Shown one piece after another: positions 15,465 to 25,642 of a stretch of DNA of 64,000 nt. The notes below the pieces were generated by a model, which saw only the letters and a program-made list of their open reading frames with translations, was not told the origin of the DNA and ran no database searches. How positions within the stretch are numbered: position 1 is the first letter of the stretch; each line of letters begins with the position of its first letter. The translations under genes were made by a program, and so were the position numbers. This DNA is from an uncultured virus (IMG/VR IMGVR_UViG_3300048832_000103) (taxonomy: Duplodnaviria; Heunggongvirae; Uroviricota; Caudoviricetes). Location of the stretch: IMG/VR virus record IMGVR_UViG_3300048832_000103. The stretch is one strand, 5' to 3'.

Positions 15465-17067
15465 GGTTCGACCCCATTAACATACGTTTCGCGGCCGTGG
15501 CAACAATTTCTTGCTCGGTCAAGTACGAATTTTCGGAATCGAGTAGCAGGCGCATCTGAGCCAGCGATCCATCTTCGCCGAGGGCTCCCTCGGACTCCTC
15601 TTGCTTCTCTGCAAGGGACAACGCCATGGCCTCGTCCACGGTCCCAGGGACCACGTAATAGTCCGTCCACAGTTCGTCGTAAAGCGAGCCGAAGCGATGG
15701 TGACGCTTCTCCGCTTGGATGAGATTGAGCGGTGTCCAGTCGAGGTCCACAAACTGGGCAGCTCGAGCGTTTGACAAGGAGATGCCCGTCGACGCGGCGG
15801 CGACCGACGCTATCAAAGCTCGAGGCTCGCGCAGCTTATCAGACGAGCCCCACTCCTCGAGGATACGAGTTCTTTTAGCTGTGGGTGCGTCGCCGGTCAT
15901 AACATCGACCGGGATGTTGAAGGCCTTGATGCGCTCTTCCAAAATCTTGGCTGTGTCACGGAACCAGACCCACCAAACCACGCGGTGGTGAGTGATCTGG
16001 ATATGCCCCACGGGAACAGCCTTGGCCTTTTCGGTCGAAATGTGTTGACGTAGCTCGTTGATGATGGTAAGATGAGCCCCAGTTGGGGCAGATACACCTT
16101 TCAATATTTCAGTCAAAGTCGGGAACTTCCGCGCAACGGGCAAATCGTGAACGGAGCGATGGTGCACTGGAACCGGGATGCCCATCTGCTCACGGGTCCG
16201 CTTGAACACAACCTCGGTGAGTCTTGACGCAAGTTCGTCCACATTTGTTCGGCCTGTATCAACCATGCCCCCATAAGGGCTCGGTGCCGCGCCGCAATAT
16301 CGAACTCGAAACTCGTTGCGCCCACCGAAAGCCCGTCCGCAAGCCGCGTCGAGCAACCCCCACAAGCTGACCAGCCTATTTCGCATGGGCGTGGCCGTGA
16401 TCAGATACGTCCGACCTCGAGGTATTCCTCGGAAGGCCTGCGACCAAGTCACGTACTTGTTCGCCACGGTGTGCGCCTCGTCGCAGAGCAGCGTTCCCAT
16501 GCGGTGCGCGGTGAAGTAGCCCGCGAGCCGGTCTGCCATGGAGTAGGGCAAGATGTAACAGTCGGTCTTGCCCGCCTTCAAGGTCGCCTTGAGCTCTGTG
16601 GCGTCTTTGCAAACGTGGAAGGTCCATCCGCATCGGCGGCACTCCGTGCGCCACACGTCGATGACACTAACTGGCACGCCCACGACAATGGGGAGATCTG
16701 AAGCGGCTGTAGCAACCGCAGTCTTCCCGCCGCCGAGGTCCAGGGCCAAAATAGCTCCGTGGCGTTGACGTAACCAAGCCACGGCTTCGAGCTGGAAGGG
16801 ACGCAACCACCCTTGAGATGCTAGTGGAATAGCGTGGTGATCGTCGAGTTGCGTCCCAGTGGGGATAAGCCCTGACAACAAGGGCAGGTGGCTCCGATGG
16901 ACGTCGACCTTCAAGGACTCGGGTGGCACAGGATTGAGCCAACCACGGTTTGAAGAAAATCCCGTGATCCTGACCCCTGGTATAGAGGATAGACCCCTAG
17001 CGGTGCTAGCATAACGCCTGATTTCCTCGGTGTCAAGAGCCCACCAGTCGTTTCCGATCAATTTCAT
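15448..17067 (-). CDS. SNF2-like superfamily 2 helicase
   Basis: LRPFQ, ALDLGGGKT, DEAH, TATPMRN, GISL and W.P....QAE.R.HR.G motifs; GGAGG RBS. Confidence 0.92.
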   Translation of the reverse strand: MKLIGNDWWALDTEEIRRYASTARGLSSIPGVRITGFSSNRGWLNPVPPESLKVDVHRSHLPLLSGLIPTGTQLDDHHAIPLASQGWLRPFQLEAVAWLRQRHGAILALDLGGGKTAVATAASDLPIVVGVPVSVIDVWRTECRRCGWTFHVCKDATELKATLKAGKTDCYILPYSMADRLAGYFTAHRMGTLLCDEAHTVANKYVTWSQAFRGIPRGRTYLITATPMRNRLVSLWGLLDAACGRAFGGRNEFRVRYCGAAPSPYGGMVDTGRTNVDELASRLTEVVFKRTREQMGIPVPVHHRSVHDLPVARKFPTLTEILKGVSAPTGAHLTIINELRQHISTEKAKAVPVGHIQITHHRVVWWVWFRDTAKILEERIKAFNIPVDVMTGDAPTAKRTRILEEWGSSDKLREPRALIASVAAASTGISLSNARAAQFVDLDWTPLNLIQAEKRHHRFGSLYDELWTDYYVVPGTVDEAMALSLAEKQEESEGALGEDGSLAQMRLLLDSENSYLTEQEIVATAAKRMLMGSNHDENC

Positions 17068-17111
17068 GCTCGCACCTCCACTAAATGACCTCTAATTTCA
17101 AGGGGCACCCT

Positions 17112-17140
17112 GTTTTAATGGAGCTAGAAACATATGTCAA
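17112..17140 (-). promoter_or_regulatory. Sigma70-like promoter for the leftward replication operon
   Basis: Minus strand TTGACA-17 nt-TAAAAC, 45 nt upstream of the helicase ATG. Confidence 0.55.
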
Positions 17141-17167
17141 CTGAAAAACTCCCTTGCGCCTAAAGGG

Positions 17168-18439
17168 GTGGCCGTGCTACCCAGGCGCATGCGGAAAAAA
17201 CTAAGCTCTCCTCTCCCAAAGTGGGCGATAAGTCAACAGGATATTGTTGACGTGGACCTACCTGTTGGATTTCTAAGAGATTTTATTGACTACGTAGAGC
17301 TGTGTACGGATGCCCCTAAAGTTTTTGCTCTCGGAACGGGACTAGGTATACTAGCAGTTGCGTGTGGTAGATGCAACGTCGTTGTTAAAAGTCTCGATTC
17401 TAATTTAGAGTCTGTTTTGCCTATTCGTTTATGGCAAGCTTTACTAGGAACATCTGGACAAAGAAAGTCCAAGGTGATGGATTTAGGTGTTGGATTATTG
17501 CAGCGCACCAATCATCAATTTTTATTGCCTGATGATGGTTCAGTGGAAGCTTGGCACGATGAAATGGTCGAACAACCAATATCTTTAATGTATCAAGAAG
17601 AGTTGTCAGGGTTATTTGATGCCCAACAGCGGTCATATAGTCTTGGATTGCAATCTTGGATGCTAAAGTTATGGTCTGGAACAGATAAAGATAGAAAGAC
17701 TAAAGGTGGTGGTACTAAATCTATAGTGAGGCCTAGACTAAATATTCTCGGAGCCATACCACCGGATATATTTTTGAAAAAAACTAAATCAACTGATTGG
17801 AGAAGTGGTTTTCTGCCTCGGTTTTTATATTGGGGAGGTGCTAGAGAAGAATGGTCATCTACTTGTTATAGTGCTCCTAAACAAGAGTTATTTTTATCTG
17901 AGCAATTAAAGAATATTCATTTTAATAGTGATGGTGATATAGTAATAACTAGTATGATTAGTAGCTTATTAGCAGAATGGTTTTATGAAACAGTGGAATT
18001 AAAAAGTGATATATACCTTGAAGATACTTATGCTGGGTTATTAAGGTTTCAAGAAATGGGTTATGTCATTGCTGCTTTGATAGCAATGTCTAGGTCTATG
18101 ATGATTGTTAGTAAAGTAGCTTCGAAGCGCCTTCTTGTATCTCAGAGTGACATGCTCACAACAATTAAGATTCTTAACTTATGCAAGAAGACGATTGAAG
18201 TTGTATCCAGTAAAGCTAATATGGATGTTATATCGGCTATTGAAGAATCCATAACAGAGCTTCTAACAGCGAATCCGTCAGGTTTAACCATAAAAGAGGT
18301 GTCTAAGAGACTAAGAATCTCTACTAGAGAGGCGGGCGCTCATCTAAAGTTGCTCACCGCGAATCAACAAATATCAGTAACTTCCCGGCCTGGTCCTGGT
18401 AGAGGCAGGCCCACTAATGTATACAAAGCTAATGAATAG
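17168..18439 (+). CDS. DUF3987-like ATPase/helicase with C-terminal winged HTH
   Basis: LLGTSGQRKS (variant Walker A), EELSGLF, PRLNILGAIPP, SGFLPRFL and C-terminal HTH with GRGRPT..Y. Confidence 0.75.
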   Translation: MAVLPRRMRKKLSSPLPKWAISQQDIVDVDLPVGFLRDFIDYVELCTDAPKVFALGTGLGILAVACGRCNVVVKSLDSNLESVLPIRLWQALLGTSGQRKSKVMDLGVGLLQRTNHQFLLPDDGSVEAWHDEMVEQPISLMYQEELSGLFDAQQRSYSLGLQSWMLKLWSGTDKDRKTKGGGTKSIVRPRLNILGAIPPDIFLKKTKSTDWRSGFLPRFLYWGGAREEWSSTCYSAPKQELFLSEQLKNIHFNSDGDIVITSMISSLLAEWFYETVELKSDIYLEDTYAGLLRFQEMGYVIAALIAMSRSMMIVSKVASKRLLVSQSDMLTTIKILNLCKKTIEVVSSKANMDVISAIEESITELLTANPSGLTIKEVSKRLRISTREAGAHLKLLTANQQISVTSRPGPGRGRPTNVYKANE

Positions 18440-18942
18440 CGAATTAATTCTCGAAAAGACCCGCGAAAACATTTAAAAACGGCGAAATCCTAAATTATCT
18501 CAAGTAGTTGCTGATTTAAGGTATTTTTATTTAATTCACCCCCCCTCTCTCTCTTTCTCTCTCTCAGGAATACCCTAGTAGGTATCTCCTTTGCATACTC
18601 ATTATGCACACTATATGCAAGGAATGAAACTGAACGAGCATCCTACCCTTGCAGGTGTTCCCGCGAAGATATCGGTGTGCGCGTGATCAGATCTTTGAAA
18701 ATAGGAAATTAAAAAAAAATATTCTAAATACCTATGTAAGAGCATGAGATCACTAGGTTTGTTTGTTTCCGATTTGACTACTTTGGACTGTTTTCATTTC
18801 TAAAAATCCGGGATCGTTTGGCTTTTCGTCTTTATCGTTATAAGATATTTATGTGTTTTTAGGGGGGTATTATTAAGGTAGACTCTTGTCAATGCGTCGG
18901 TACGAAACGGGTAGACTGTCGTTACAACGTTGAGATGACGCG

Positions 18943-19008
18943 CCCGTCTTAGCTTCAGACGACGTCGTCTCTTCGCTTCAGACGACACCCGTCTTCGCTT
19001 CAGACAAC
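18943..19008. repeat. Three imperfect ~22-bp tandem repeats (iteron-like)
   Basis: cccgtcttagcttcagacgac / gtcgtctcttcgcttcagacgac / acccgtcttcgcttcagacaac, in an AT-rich noncoding region. Confidence 0.75.
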
Positions 19009-19154
19009 AGTTGTCTCGAAACCGTTCTATGGCTCTTGAAGCACTAAAAGCGAGTTATAGTTGTTGTTAGTTATGGATATTATTAGTGAATTAGCTAAGC
19101 TTGTGATGTTGTTAGGGACAGAAAGAAAAGTTGAATCCTCGTGGTTTTTTTTGC

Positions 19155-19182
19155 TTGACACTGTTGGAAGCTTTGGTAAGCT
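19155..19182 (+). promoter_or_regulatory. Putative sigma70-like promoter
   Basis: TTGACA-16 nt-TAAGCT immediately before the ATG at 19191. Confidence 0.45.
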
Positions 19183-19190
19183 GCTGGGCA

Positions 19191-19934
19191 ATGAATGCGG
19201 CTCTGCATGATCTCTGCTTGTTTTGGGTGCCCAACAGGGTAGCCCCATCTCCGCGTAGTTCCTCTGTAAATACCGAGAATCCTGATGATATTTGTGCCTA
19301 TCAGGACGAAGTGACCGCTCTCGAAACCCTACGCGAAAAGCTGAGCATGATAGCCCAAAAGGCTACTGGGACCATTCACGAACTCCCCCAAATTGACGGC
19401 GCTCCCAAAGTCATCGAGAAGCCATGGGCTACCTTCGAGGCAGGGCAGCGTTATGTAGCTTGGAACCTGTTCGCCATCGACCCTGTTAGCGGTCACGAGG
19501 TCCAGCTCTCAAAGCGCCTCGAAAACGTTGGCGGCGGAGTCATGTGGGTAGAAACTCCCCGGTCGAACCGGGGGGTGGTTCAAAATTCCCCACCTCTAGA
19601 GAACGTCCAGAAGGGATACCGGTGCGAAATGTGCCGGCGATTCTCTTATGAGCAGGGGCAGAAGTGGCTCAATCAAGAGACGCATCGCTTTGAAAGCTCA
19701 AGCGCGCAGATGTGGCGTGACGTTGTAGAGCTCGTCGCTGAGAATTCGGAAGTGGAAGTGCCGAATTCTCTGTCAGACTTCGGCGCGTGCTTGGAAGATT
19801 CCAAGCTGGTTACAAAAATGTACCCAGGCTGTAATAAGTACAAAGCTCGCACACTTTGGAGGGTCGAGGCATGTCCGCCAACGGGAACGACCCCCGGAAG
19901 AGAGGAGAGTGGCGAGTCTCGCCATGGGCGGTAA
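19191..19934 (+). CDS. Hypothetical protein with C-terminal Cys-rich domain
   Basis: CEMCRRFS..GQ, FGAC and GC; start moved to 19191. Confidence 0.65.
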   Translation: MNAALHDLCLFWVPNRVAPSPRSSSVNTENPDDICAYQDEVTALETLREKLSMIAQKATGTIHELPQIDGAPKVIEKPWATFEAGQRYVAWNLFAIDPVSGHEVQLSKRLENVGGGVMWVETPRSNRGVVQNSPPLENVQKGYRCEMCRRFSYEQGQKWLNQETHRFESSSAQMWRDVVELVAENSEVEVPNSLSDFGACLEDSKLVTKMYPGCNKYKARTLWRVEACPPTGTTPGREESGESRHGR

Positions 19935-20359
19935 CAACCGCCAGTGAGGCTCGAAACGTAGCAGGGCCAAAGATGATCGTCCCAGATTCCCAAGCGAATT
20001 CAATGCGTTTGGCGTCTGGAAGGCCCCACGGACTGTGTACACATTTTTCGTTATCCGATGGACAGGCGCTCGTTAATGAACATATGTTCTTTACCGAGCT
20101 TTTGAACGGAGGATTGTCGGACACTGCTTATCTGCCAGAGTGGCTGGACAAGAAAAGCGGTTACGGGATTTGTGCGCTCATTGGTTCGGATACGTTGATC
20201 CATGCTCTGCATCCGGGAACTTGTACGCTAGACCAAGCGCAAGCTTGGGGAAAAGCTGAAGGATTACACGCTTGGCGCCGAGGCGACGGCGATATAGTCG
20301 CCTGCCCCTGCTGGCAAGAGAGGTCTGAACAGGCTGGCAAGGGTTCGAGGCGGCGATGA
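19871..20359 (+). CDS. Hypothetical protein, partial paralog of the preceding Cys-rich domain
   Basis: HGLCTHFS..GQ, YGIC and ACPCW. Confidence 0.65.
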   Translation: MSANGNDPRKRGEWRVSPWAVTTASEARNVAGPKMIVPDSQANSMRLASGRPHGLCTHFSLSDGQALVNEHMFFTELLNGGLSDTAYLPEWLDKKSGYGICALIGSDTLIHALHPGTCTLDQAQAWGKAEGLHAWRRGDGDIVACPCWQERSEQAGKGSRRR

Positions 20360-20700
20360 TCTCACTTATCCCACTTCAAGACCTGCTCGTGATAACCCTG
20401 ATTTCCGTGGGATTCTCATTCGTTGTGACCGGTTCCACGATAGGATATCCCATACGCTACGTGGCTTACAAGGCCCTCGGCTGGATAGGCTCGAGCCCCA
20501 TTTGGCTGGACAGTATCGCTCGTTGTCCGTATTGCCACGCATGGTGGCAAGGGCTCGGGTGGGCCTGGTACACCGGCCACGGATTGTGGGGATCTCTCCA
20601 GGCGGCGTTCGTTGCATGCGGCATTGCCGCTATAGTACAAGCTCAGTGGTCACTCGCGGCCGGGAAAGAAAGTTACATACGGGAAGGGCGCAATGTCTAA
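20356..20700 (+). CDS. DUF1360-like membrane protein with CPYC motif
   Basis: Hydrophobic helices flanking CPYCHAWW. Confidence 0.6.
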   Translation: MISLIPLQDLLVITLISVGFSFVVTGSTIGYPIRYVAYKALGWIGSSPIWLDSIARCPYCHAWWQGLGWAWYTGHGLWGSLQAAFVACGIAAIVQAQWSLAAGKESYIREGRNV

Positions 20701-22492
20701 AGTCAGCAAAGACGAGGTCTTGAAGGCCTTGGGCCAAGCCCAAGTGCAGGGTGTCAAAGAGGCTGTCAAAGAGCAGGCCAAAGAAATGGGGATGCTCAGC
20801 GGGATGATGCCTGGCAGGGCGAATCCCGTGGTTACAGGGGCCTTCGAGCAGGTTGCCCAACAGGCAACTGCCGTCCGCCTGAACATCCAGCGACGCGATC
20901 CAGTCTCGGGCAAGATGACCTACATTCGCGGGCCTGGTGAGATTGACGCGAATCTCATCGCCAGCAAAGGCCTTCCTGAGATTATCGATGACTGGTGCGG
21001 CGGCGGCGAGTACACCGTCGAGGTCATGGCGCCTGGGCAAGAGCGCCTCATGCAGAACTTCACGGTCGGCGGGGCTCCGCAAGATCCTGGCTATCGAGCG
21101 AAGACTGCCGTTGCCGGTGGGGTTCCGGTCAATCAGGCCTATGACCCCTCGCATTACTTCGGTGTGCCAAGGCCGATGTACGCCTCTCCGCAAGACAACT
21201 CGAGCAATATGGCTGTCAAAATGATGGAAATCATGATGGCCAAGGAAATGATGAGTGCCAAGTTGGGCAGCGTATCTAACGCAGGTCAAGCCTCGTCCGA
21301 GGTTCAAGAACTCCGCGCCGAGCTCGCTCGCATGCGAGATGACCAGAAGCGCGCCGAAGAAGATCGCCGCCGCACCGAAGAGATGGAACGCTTGCGGCGC
21401 GAAGCGGCCGAAGACCGGCGCAAGTCCGAAGAGCGCTTCGAGAAGCTGCTCGCGGAGATGAACAAGGACAAGACCCCGGCATGGGTGGGCTTGGCACAGG
21501 CGGCGATGCCGGCGATTGCCGAGGTGTTCCGAGGCAAGGACGCCACAATGGGCTTGCTCTCAAACACGTTCGGAACGGTCCTGCAAGCTCAGCAGATGGC
21601 GTCAAATCAGCAAGCAGAGACCTTCAAGATGTTGCTGAACCGGCCCACGGCCACCGACGAAATCTCGAAGATGACCTCGGTCTTCGCACAGAGCCAGCTC
21701 ACGAATCTGCAAACCATCAACCAGATCGTGAGCTCGGGCCTGCTCGACAAGGGCGGCGGACATCCACTGGTCGAGCTTCTCTCGCAGATCATCGATCAGG
21801 GTGGGCAAGTGCTTCAGGCAGGTCTGTCAAACAAACAGGCCGCGGGCAACATCGCCGGCATGGAATCGGAACCAGCTCCAGTGCTTCCGACTCGAGCAAG
21901 CTCCGAGGTTCCGCAACTGCCGGCTCCCAAGGATGCCCAGAAGCAATATGACCTGAACGCAGATCCGAGCTTCCGCGTCATCATCGAGCAGATCAAGGGC
22001 GATGGCGACCCACGTGAGATCGCTCTGCGACTCTATCGTCACGGACAACCGCTCCGAGAGGACCAGGGACACCCGTTGGCGAAGTCCTGGTGTCGAGATC
22101 CCGAAAGCTACTCACGTCTCATCCTCAGTCAGCTAGGCGTGGCAGACTCACGCATTCAGCAGATCACAACTGCCCTGGTCGACCTCGCGCTGTGGGTCAA
22201 AGATGGTCGTGACCCCGAGGAGTTTGCGCAAGTCGAAACACGTCGCCGTCGACGCAAGAAGTTGATCCCTTCGGCGTCGCCCGAAATGCAGTCGACACAC
22301 GGCTTCTCGTTCAGCGATCCTGAAGAGGGCGAGGAAGACGACGACAACGGGGAAGAGTTTTACGAGGATGAGACTGACCGAAGTCTTGAAGACGACGAAC
22401 TCAACGGCGAAGACGAGCGGCAACAAGAATTGAGCGCGGTCATTGCAGAAGAGGCGCGGACTGCCGAAGCTTCTTCAGTCGCGGAGTCGTGA
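20693..22492 (+). CDS. Large coiled-coil protein with acidic C-terminus, function unknown
   Basis: 599-aa ORF with strong GC3 codon bias and an E/R-rich coil. Confidence 0.8.
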   Translation: MSKVSKDEVLKALGQAQVQGVKEAVKEQAKEMGMLSGMMPGRANPVVTGAFEQVAQQATAVRLNIQRRDPVSGKMTYIRGPGEIDANLIASKGLPEIIDDWCGGGEYTVEVMAPGQERLMQNFTVGGAPQDPGYRAKTAVAGGVPVNQAYDPSHYFGVPRPMYASPQDNSSNMAVKMMEIMMAKEMMSAKLGSVSNAGQASSEVQELRAELARMRDDQKRAEEDRRRTEEMERLRREAAEDRRKSEERFEKLLAEMNKDKTPAWVGLAQAAMPAIAEVFRGKDATMGLLSNTFGTVLQAQQMASNQQAETFKMLLNRPTATDEISKMTSVFAQSQLTNLQTINQIVSSGLLDKGGGHPLVELLSQIIDQGGQVLQAGLSNKQAAGNIAGMESEPAPVLPTRASSEVPQLPAPKDAQKQYDLNADPSFRVIIEQIKGDGDPREIALRLYRHGQPLREDQGHPLAKSWCRDPESYSRLILSQLGVADSRIQQITTALVDLALWVKDGRDPEEFAQVETRRRRRKKLIPSASPEMQSTHGFSFSDPEEGEEDDDNGEEFYEDETDRSLEDDELNGEDERQQELSAVIAEEARTAEASSVAES

Positions 22493-22495
22493 TCC

Positions 22496-22708
22496 ATGGC
22501 GGTCAACATCGACCGCGGACAGATTTCGGTGCGCTTGACGGACGACCAAGCACGCGCTCTCGAGCGGTATCGAGTAACGCTTCAGAAGCGTATTCGCTGC
22601 CACGCTCCGGGGTGGTCATGCAGTTCGGCACATGCAATCCGCGATCTGATTTTACGAGGATTGAAGACCGAAGGCCTCATTCCTGACGTAGCCGAGCCCC
22701 CCGAATAA
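22496..22708 (+). CDS. RHH/Arc-like DNA-binding protein
   Basis: QISVRLTD.Q..ALE.Y ... AIRDLI.RGL. Confidence 0.55.
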   Translation: MAVNIDRGQISVRLTDDQARALERYRVTLQKRIRCHAPGWSCSSAHAIRDLILRGLKTEGLIPDVAEPPE

Positions 22709-22833
22709 CGGTTTCCATTAGTTAACCTCAAAACCCCCTCGATTGACCTCTGTATACAACCGCCTAATATAATTGCGGTTTCATTAAACACACCGGAAAA
22801 CCTAAGTATTCAAAAACACCCAGGATTTCGCTA

Positions 22834-22861
22834 TTGACCACTAAATAGCTCGTTGTAGTCT
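22834..22861 (+). promoter_or_regulatory. Putative promoter of the virion operon
   Basis: TTGACC-16 nt-TAGTCT, 8 nt before the ATG at 22870. Confidence 0.4.
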
Positions 22862-22869
22862 GCCAGTGT

Positions 22870-23457
22870 ATGAGTCTACCTGGCAGAAGAATTGTCGATG
22901 CACAATTCGGGACAGCCGAAGTTCACGACGTCTATTCGCTCAACGACCGCTTGTCCCTCATCAACGGTCAAGTTTTCAAAAGCCTGCGAGACCCTTCCAT
23001 ACGCGCCCTTGCGTTAGACCTCGTTCGAGGCACCCCGCAACATGGCAATGAATCCGAGCTCTCAGAACTGTCGCGAGTCTTCTGGTTCGTCAAGAAGAAT
23101 GTTGAATACAGGCAAGACCCACACCAGTACGATTTATACTCTACAGCTTCTAGGACTATCCAGGTGCATGCGGGGGATTGTGACGATCACTGCACGTTGA
23201 TCGCTGCCCTGGTAGGAAACCTTGGATTCATCCCAGGGGCTAAAGTGATTTCACCGGATGGAGCTAACTGGCACATCTACGCGCTCACTTCAGTGTTTCC
23301 GCGTAGCAACCCGCAAGCTCCCACGGCAAGATATTTAGCTCTCGACACCACACAACCGGCAAGTCACCCAGGGTGGGAACCTCCCGCGAAGTTCCAACGC
23401 TACGCACGGGTGGTCACGTTCACTGAAAGTGGGCCACTGGTCCAAACCGTGAGGTAA
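22870..23457 (+). CDS. Transglutaminase-like (papain-fold Cys-His-Asp) protein
   Basis: FWFVK.NV.Y..DP, GDCDDH, WHIY and LDTT motifs. Confidence 0.85.
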   Translation: MSLPGRRIVDAQFGTAEVHDVYSLNDRLSLINGQVFKSLRDPSIRALALDLVRGTPQHGNESELSELSRVFWFVKKNVEYRQDPHQYDLYSTASRTIQVHAGDCDDHCTLIAALVGNLGFIPGAKVISPDGANWHIYALTSVFPRSNPQAPTARYLALDTTQPASHPGWEPPAKFQRYARVVTFTESGPLVQTVR

Positions 23458-23459
23458 TC

Positions 23460-24386
23460 ATGGAATATCATCGTTTCATTACGGACCCCAGTCGAACATT
23501 GTCCGCGGCAGATCGCATGGACGTGTTTGGCGGCGGGATGGACCCTGCTGGCCTTGGCACCTTGGGAGCTCCCGTGAATCCGGCGCACGTCTTCGAGTAC
23601 CTTGGCGAGAATCTCCCCCCTTCAGGGAATCCGAAGGACTTCATTGGGCGCGGTGGGGCTCGATGGGCTCGTGGCGCGCAAGACGTCTACGGTGGTAAGT
23701 ACATCACCGAGACACAGAACCGCTTCTCACCCAACACGAAGACGATCACGGTCGAGGATGCACAGCCGGTGGTCATGCGGCCCGACGAGCTCACCGAGAT
23801 CAAGAACAATTCGCAGATTGTTCGGGAGATGACTCAGAACATCGGCTCAGTCCGAATGTTCCCCGCCCGTCCGAATGCGAACCACTTGGCCGAGCAGGTC
23901 AGTGCCGATGCCGAGGCGCGCAACACGCAAGACCAGGCTGTCGCGCTCGTCTATGAGAGCCAAATGGACGCCATTCGAGCATCACATTTGGGTGCTCGAG
24001 CTCGAGGAGCTGCTCTTCGCGGTGAGACCATCGGTGCCATGTCATCGGCCATGCCGCTGGTTCAGGCTCGCAAGCCCATCCTGTCAACGAACACCGTCCG
24101 CATGCAGGCGCCAGCGCCGAAGACCATGGTGACGCTCTACCCCGTCGTGGGAAAGGCGAGCTCCCCGCCAGCCGGTAGCAGTGACCCCGCGCCAGTGTCG
24201 TTCACGACCGGCGAGAACATGTCTTTGGCAACCTTCCCCACCACCTCGAATGGTTCCTTTTCGGCCGAAGAGGCTGGCATGGGAGAAACCTACGTGGACA
24301 CGCGCTTCGAGCCCACGAAGGTCGCGATGATTCTTGGTGGCGTCGCAGTCGCGGCCGTTGCCGCTTATTTCCTGATGAGGAAATAA
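23460..24386 (+). CDS. Putative virion membrane protein (C-terminal TM)
   Basis: C-terminal MILGGVAVAAVAAYFLMRK. Confidence 0.7.
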   Translation: MEYHRFITDPSRTLSAADRMDVFGGGMDPAGLGTLGAPVNPAHVFEYLGENLPPSGNPKDFIGRGGARWARGAQDVYGGKYITETQNRFSPNTKTITVEDAQPVVMRPDELTEIKNNSQIVREMTQNIGSVRMFPARPNANHLAEQVSADAEARNTQDQAVALVYESQMDAIRASHLGARARGAALRGETIGAMSSAMPLVQARKPILSTNTVRMQAPAPKTMVTLYPVVGKASSPPAGSSDPAPVSFTTGENMSLATFPTTSNGSFSAEEAGMGETYVDTRFEPTKVAMILGGVAVAAVAAYFLMRK

Positions 24387-24389
24387 CTC

Positions 24390-25316
24390 ATGAAGACTTG
24401 GGCATGGATTGTCGGTGGAGTCGGAATCGCGGCCGGCGCATGGTGGTATCTCAAAGGGCGCAACTCTGCAATGCCTGAAGCGAGCTACCCCGAAGGCGTG
24501 GTCCCTGGTGTAACTCCCGGTTATCCCCTCGCTCCGAGTGCCGATGAGCTCCCGCCTGACACCGCTCAGCAAATGGCGCCTGCCATGGGAGAAAGCTATG
24601 CCACTCCAGCACAGTCATCTTCTTCTCAAGCGTCCGCTGTCAGTACAGGATACAGCGAGCCTTCGACGAACACCCCTTCGAGCAGTGGAGCGCCATATGC
24701 CGTGGATACCGGAACTGGGACGACCACGCCTTCGGCGAAGACGTCGTTCCCCTCGATAGCGCCCTCTTCTCCTTCGGTGGCGACGACGTCCTACGTGCGT
24801 CCTATCACGCCTTCACCGAAGCCTTCGGTAGCTTTGATGTTAGCTCCGAGGCCCACGGTAGCTCCGCAAGCAATGCCTACCGTGAGTCTGCCAAAGACGG
24901 TGATACCTTCACAGCCTACCGTGAGCTTGCCAAGTCCGGTGGTAGCTCCGAGGCCTATCGTGAGTTCACCGCGGCCGGTGGTAGCGCCACAACCGACCAA
25001 GGTCATGGTCACGACGTATCGAAGCCCGGTGACGAGCGCCACGCGAACGGTTGTCGTTCCAATGTCGAAGGCTCCGATGCCGGTGGTCGTCACTCCGATG
25101 CCAAAGAGTCCAACACCGCCCGTCGTGACGAAACCTTTGACCAGGCCCCTGGCCGTGGTCCGACCGACGAACCTCCGAGGCGTCTATGCCGTTGGGGCAG
25201 ACTTCACCGAGGCCGAGTATCGCGCCATGGGCGTTCGAGCTGAGCTCGAGACGCGACGGCGTGAGTGGGCAGCAAACCAAATGGCGGAAAATGCCGCCGT
25301 CAACGCTCGGAGATAG
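24390..25316 (+). CDS. N-terminal TM, Pro/Ser/Thr-rich low-complexity protein
   Basis: TM WAWIVGGVGIAAGAWWYL followed by repeated PTVSLP/VVAPRP units. Confidence 0.75.
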   Translation: MKTWAWIVGGVGIAAGAWWYLKGRNSAMPEASYPEGVVPGVTPGYPLAPSADELPPDTAQQMAPAMGESYATPAQSSSSQASAVSTGYSEPSTNTPSSSGAPYAVDTGTGTTTPSAKTSFPSIAPSSPSVATTSYVRPITPSPKPSVALMLAPRPTVAPQAMPTVSLPKTVIPSQPTVSLPSPVVAPRPIVSSPRPVVAPQPTKVMVTTYRSPVTSATRTVVVPMSKAPMPVVVTPMPKSPTPPVVTKPLTRPLAVVRPTNLRGVYAVGADFTEAEYRAMGVRAELETRRREWAANQMAENAAVNARR

Positions 25317-25318
25317 TC

Positions 25319-25606
25319 ATGGCCAAAAAAGGTGCACCTCGACGAAAACGCCCTTCACTTTGTAGCGCTCTCAAGTCTCAAGCAGAGTTTGCACTCAAGC
25401 GGTTTAGAGCGGCTCGAAAAGCAGAAAAGGCATGCGCTGCTAAGCCGTCGGGCGACAAGTGTGATCTGTCTTTGAAGAAGGCTATCACTCAAGAAGCTCG
25501 AGAAGCGTTTCATACTGAGGCTGGACGCATCGAAGATAATTGCGGGAACGCAACCATTTCTAAGGTGCGCGTAATGGCCATGAAAACAAGAGTGTATCAG
25601 AAGTAA
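25319..25606 (+). CDS. Small basic protein
   Basis: GGAG RBS; K/R-rich MAKKGAPRRKRP with three Cys. Confidence 0.65.
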   Translation: MAKKGAPRRKRPSLCSALKSQAEFALKRFRAARKAEKACAAKPSGDKCDLSLKKAITQEAREAFHTEAGRIEDNCGNATISKVRVMAMKTRVYQK

Positions 25607-25642
25607 GGATGGGCGTCAAGAGATAGATTGGAGATCCCGACT

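Noticed and set aside
18943..19008. Mini CRISPR array
   Set aside because: The repeats are directly tandem without spacers; the Cas4-like nuclease at 12583 sits in a recombination context
24840..25000. Nucleotide repeats (gcctaccgtgag, ccggtggtagc)
   Set aside because: They are explained by the PTVSLP/VVAP peptide repeats of the Pro-rich protein
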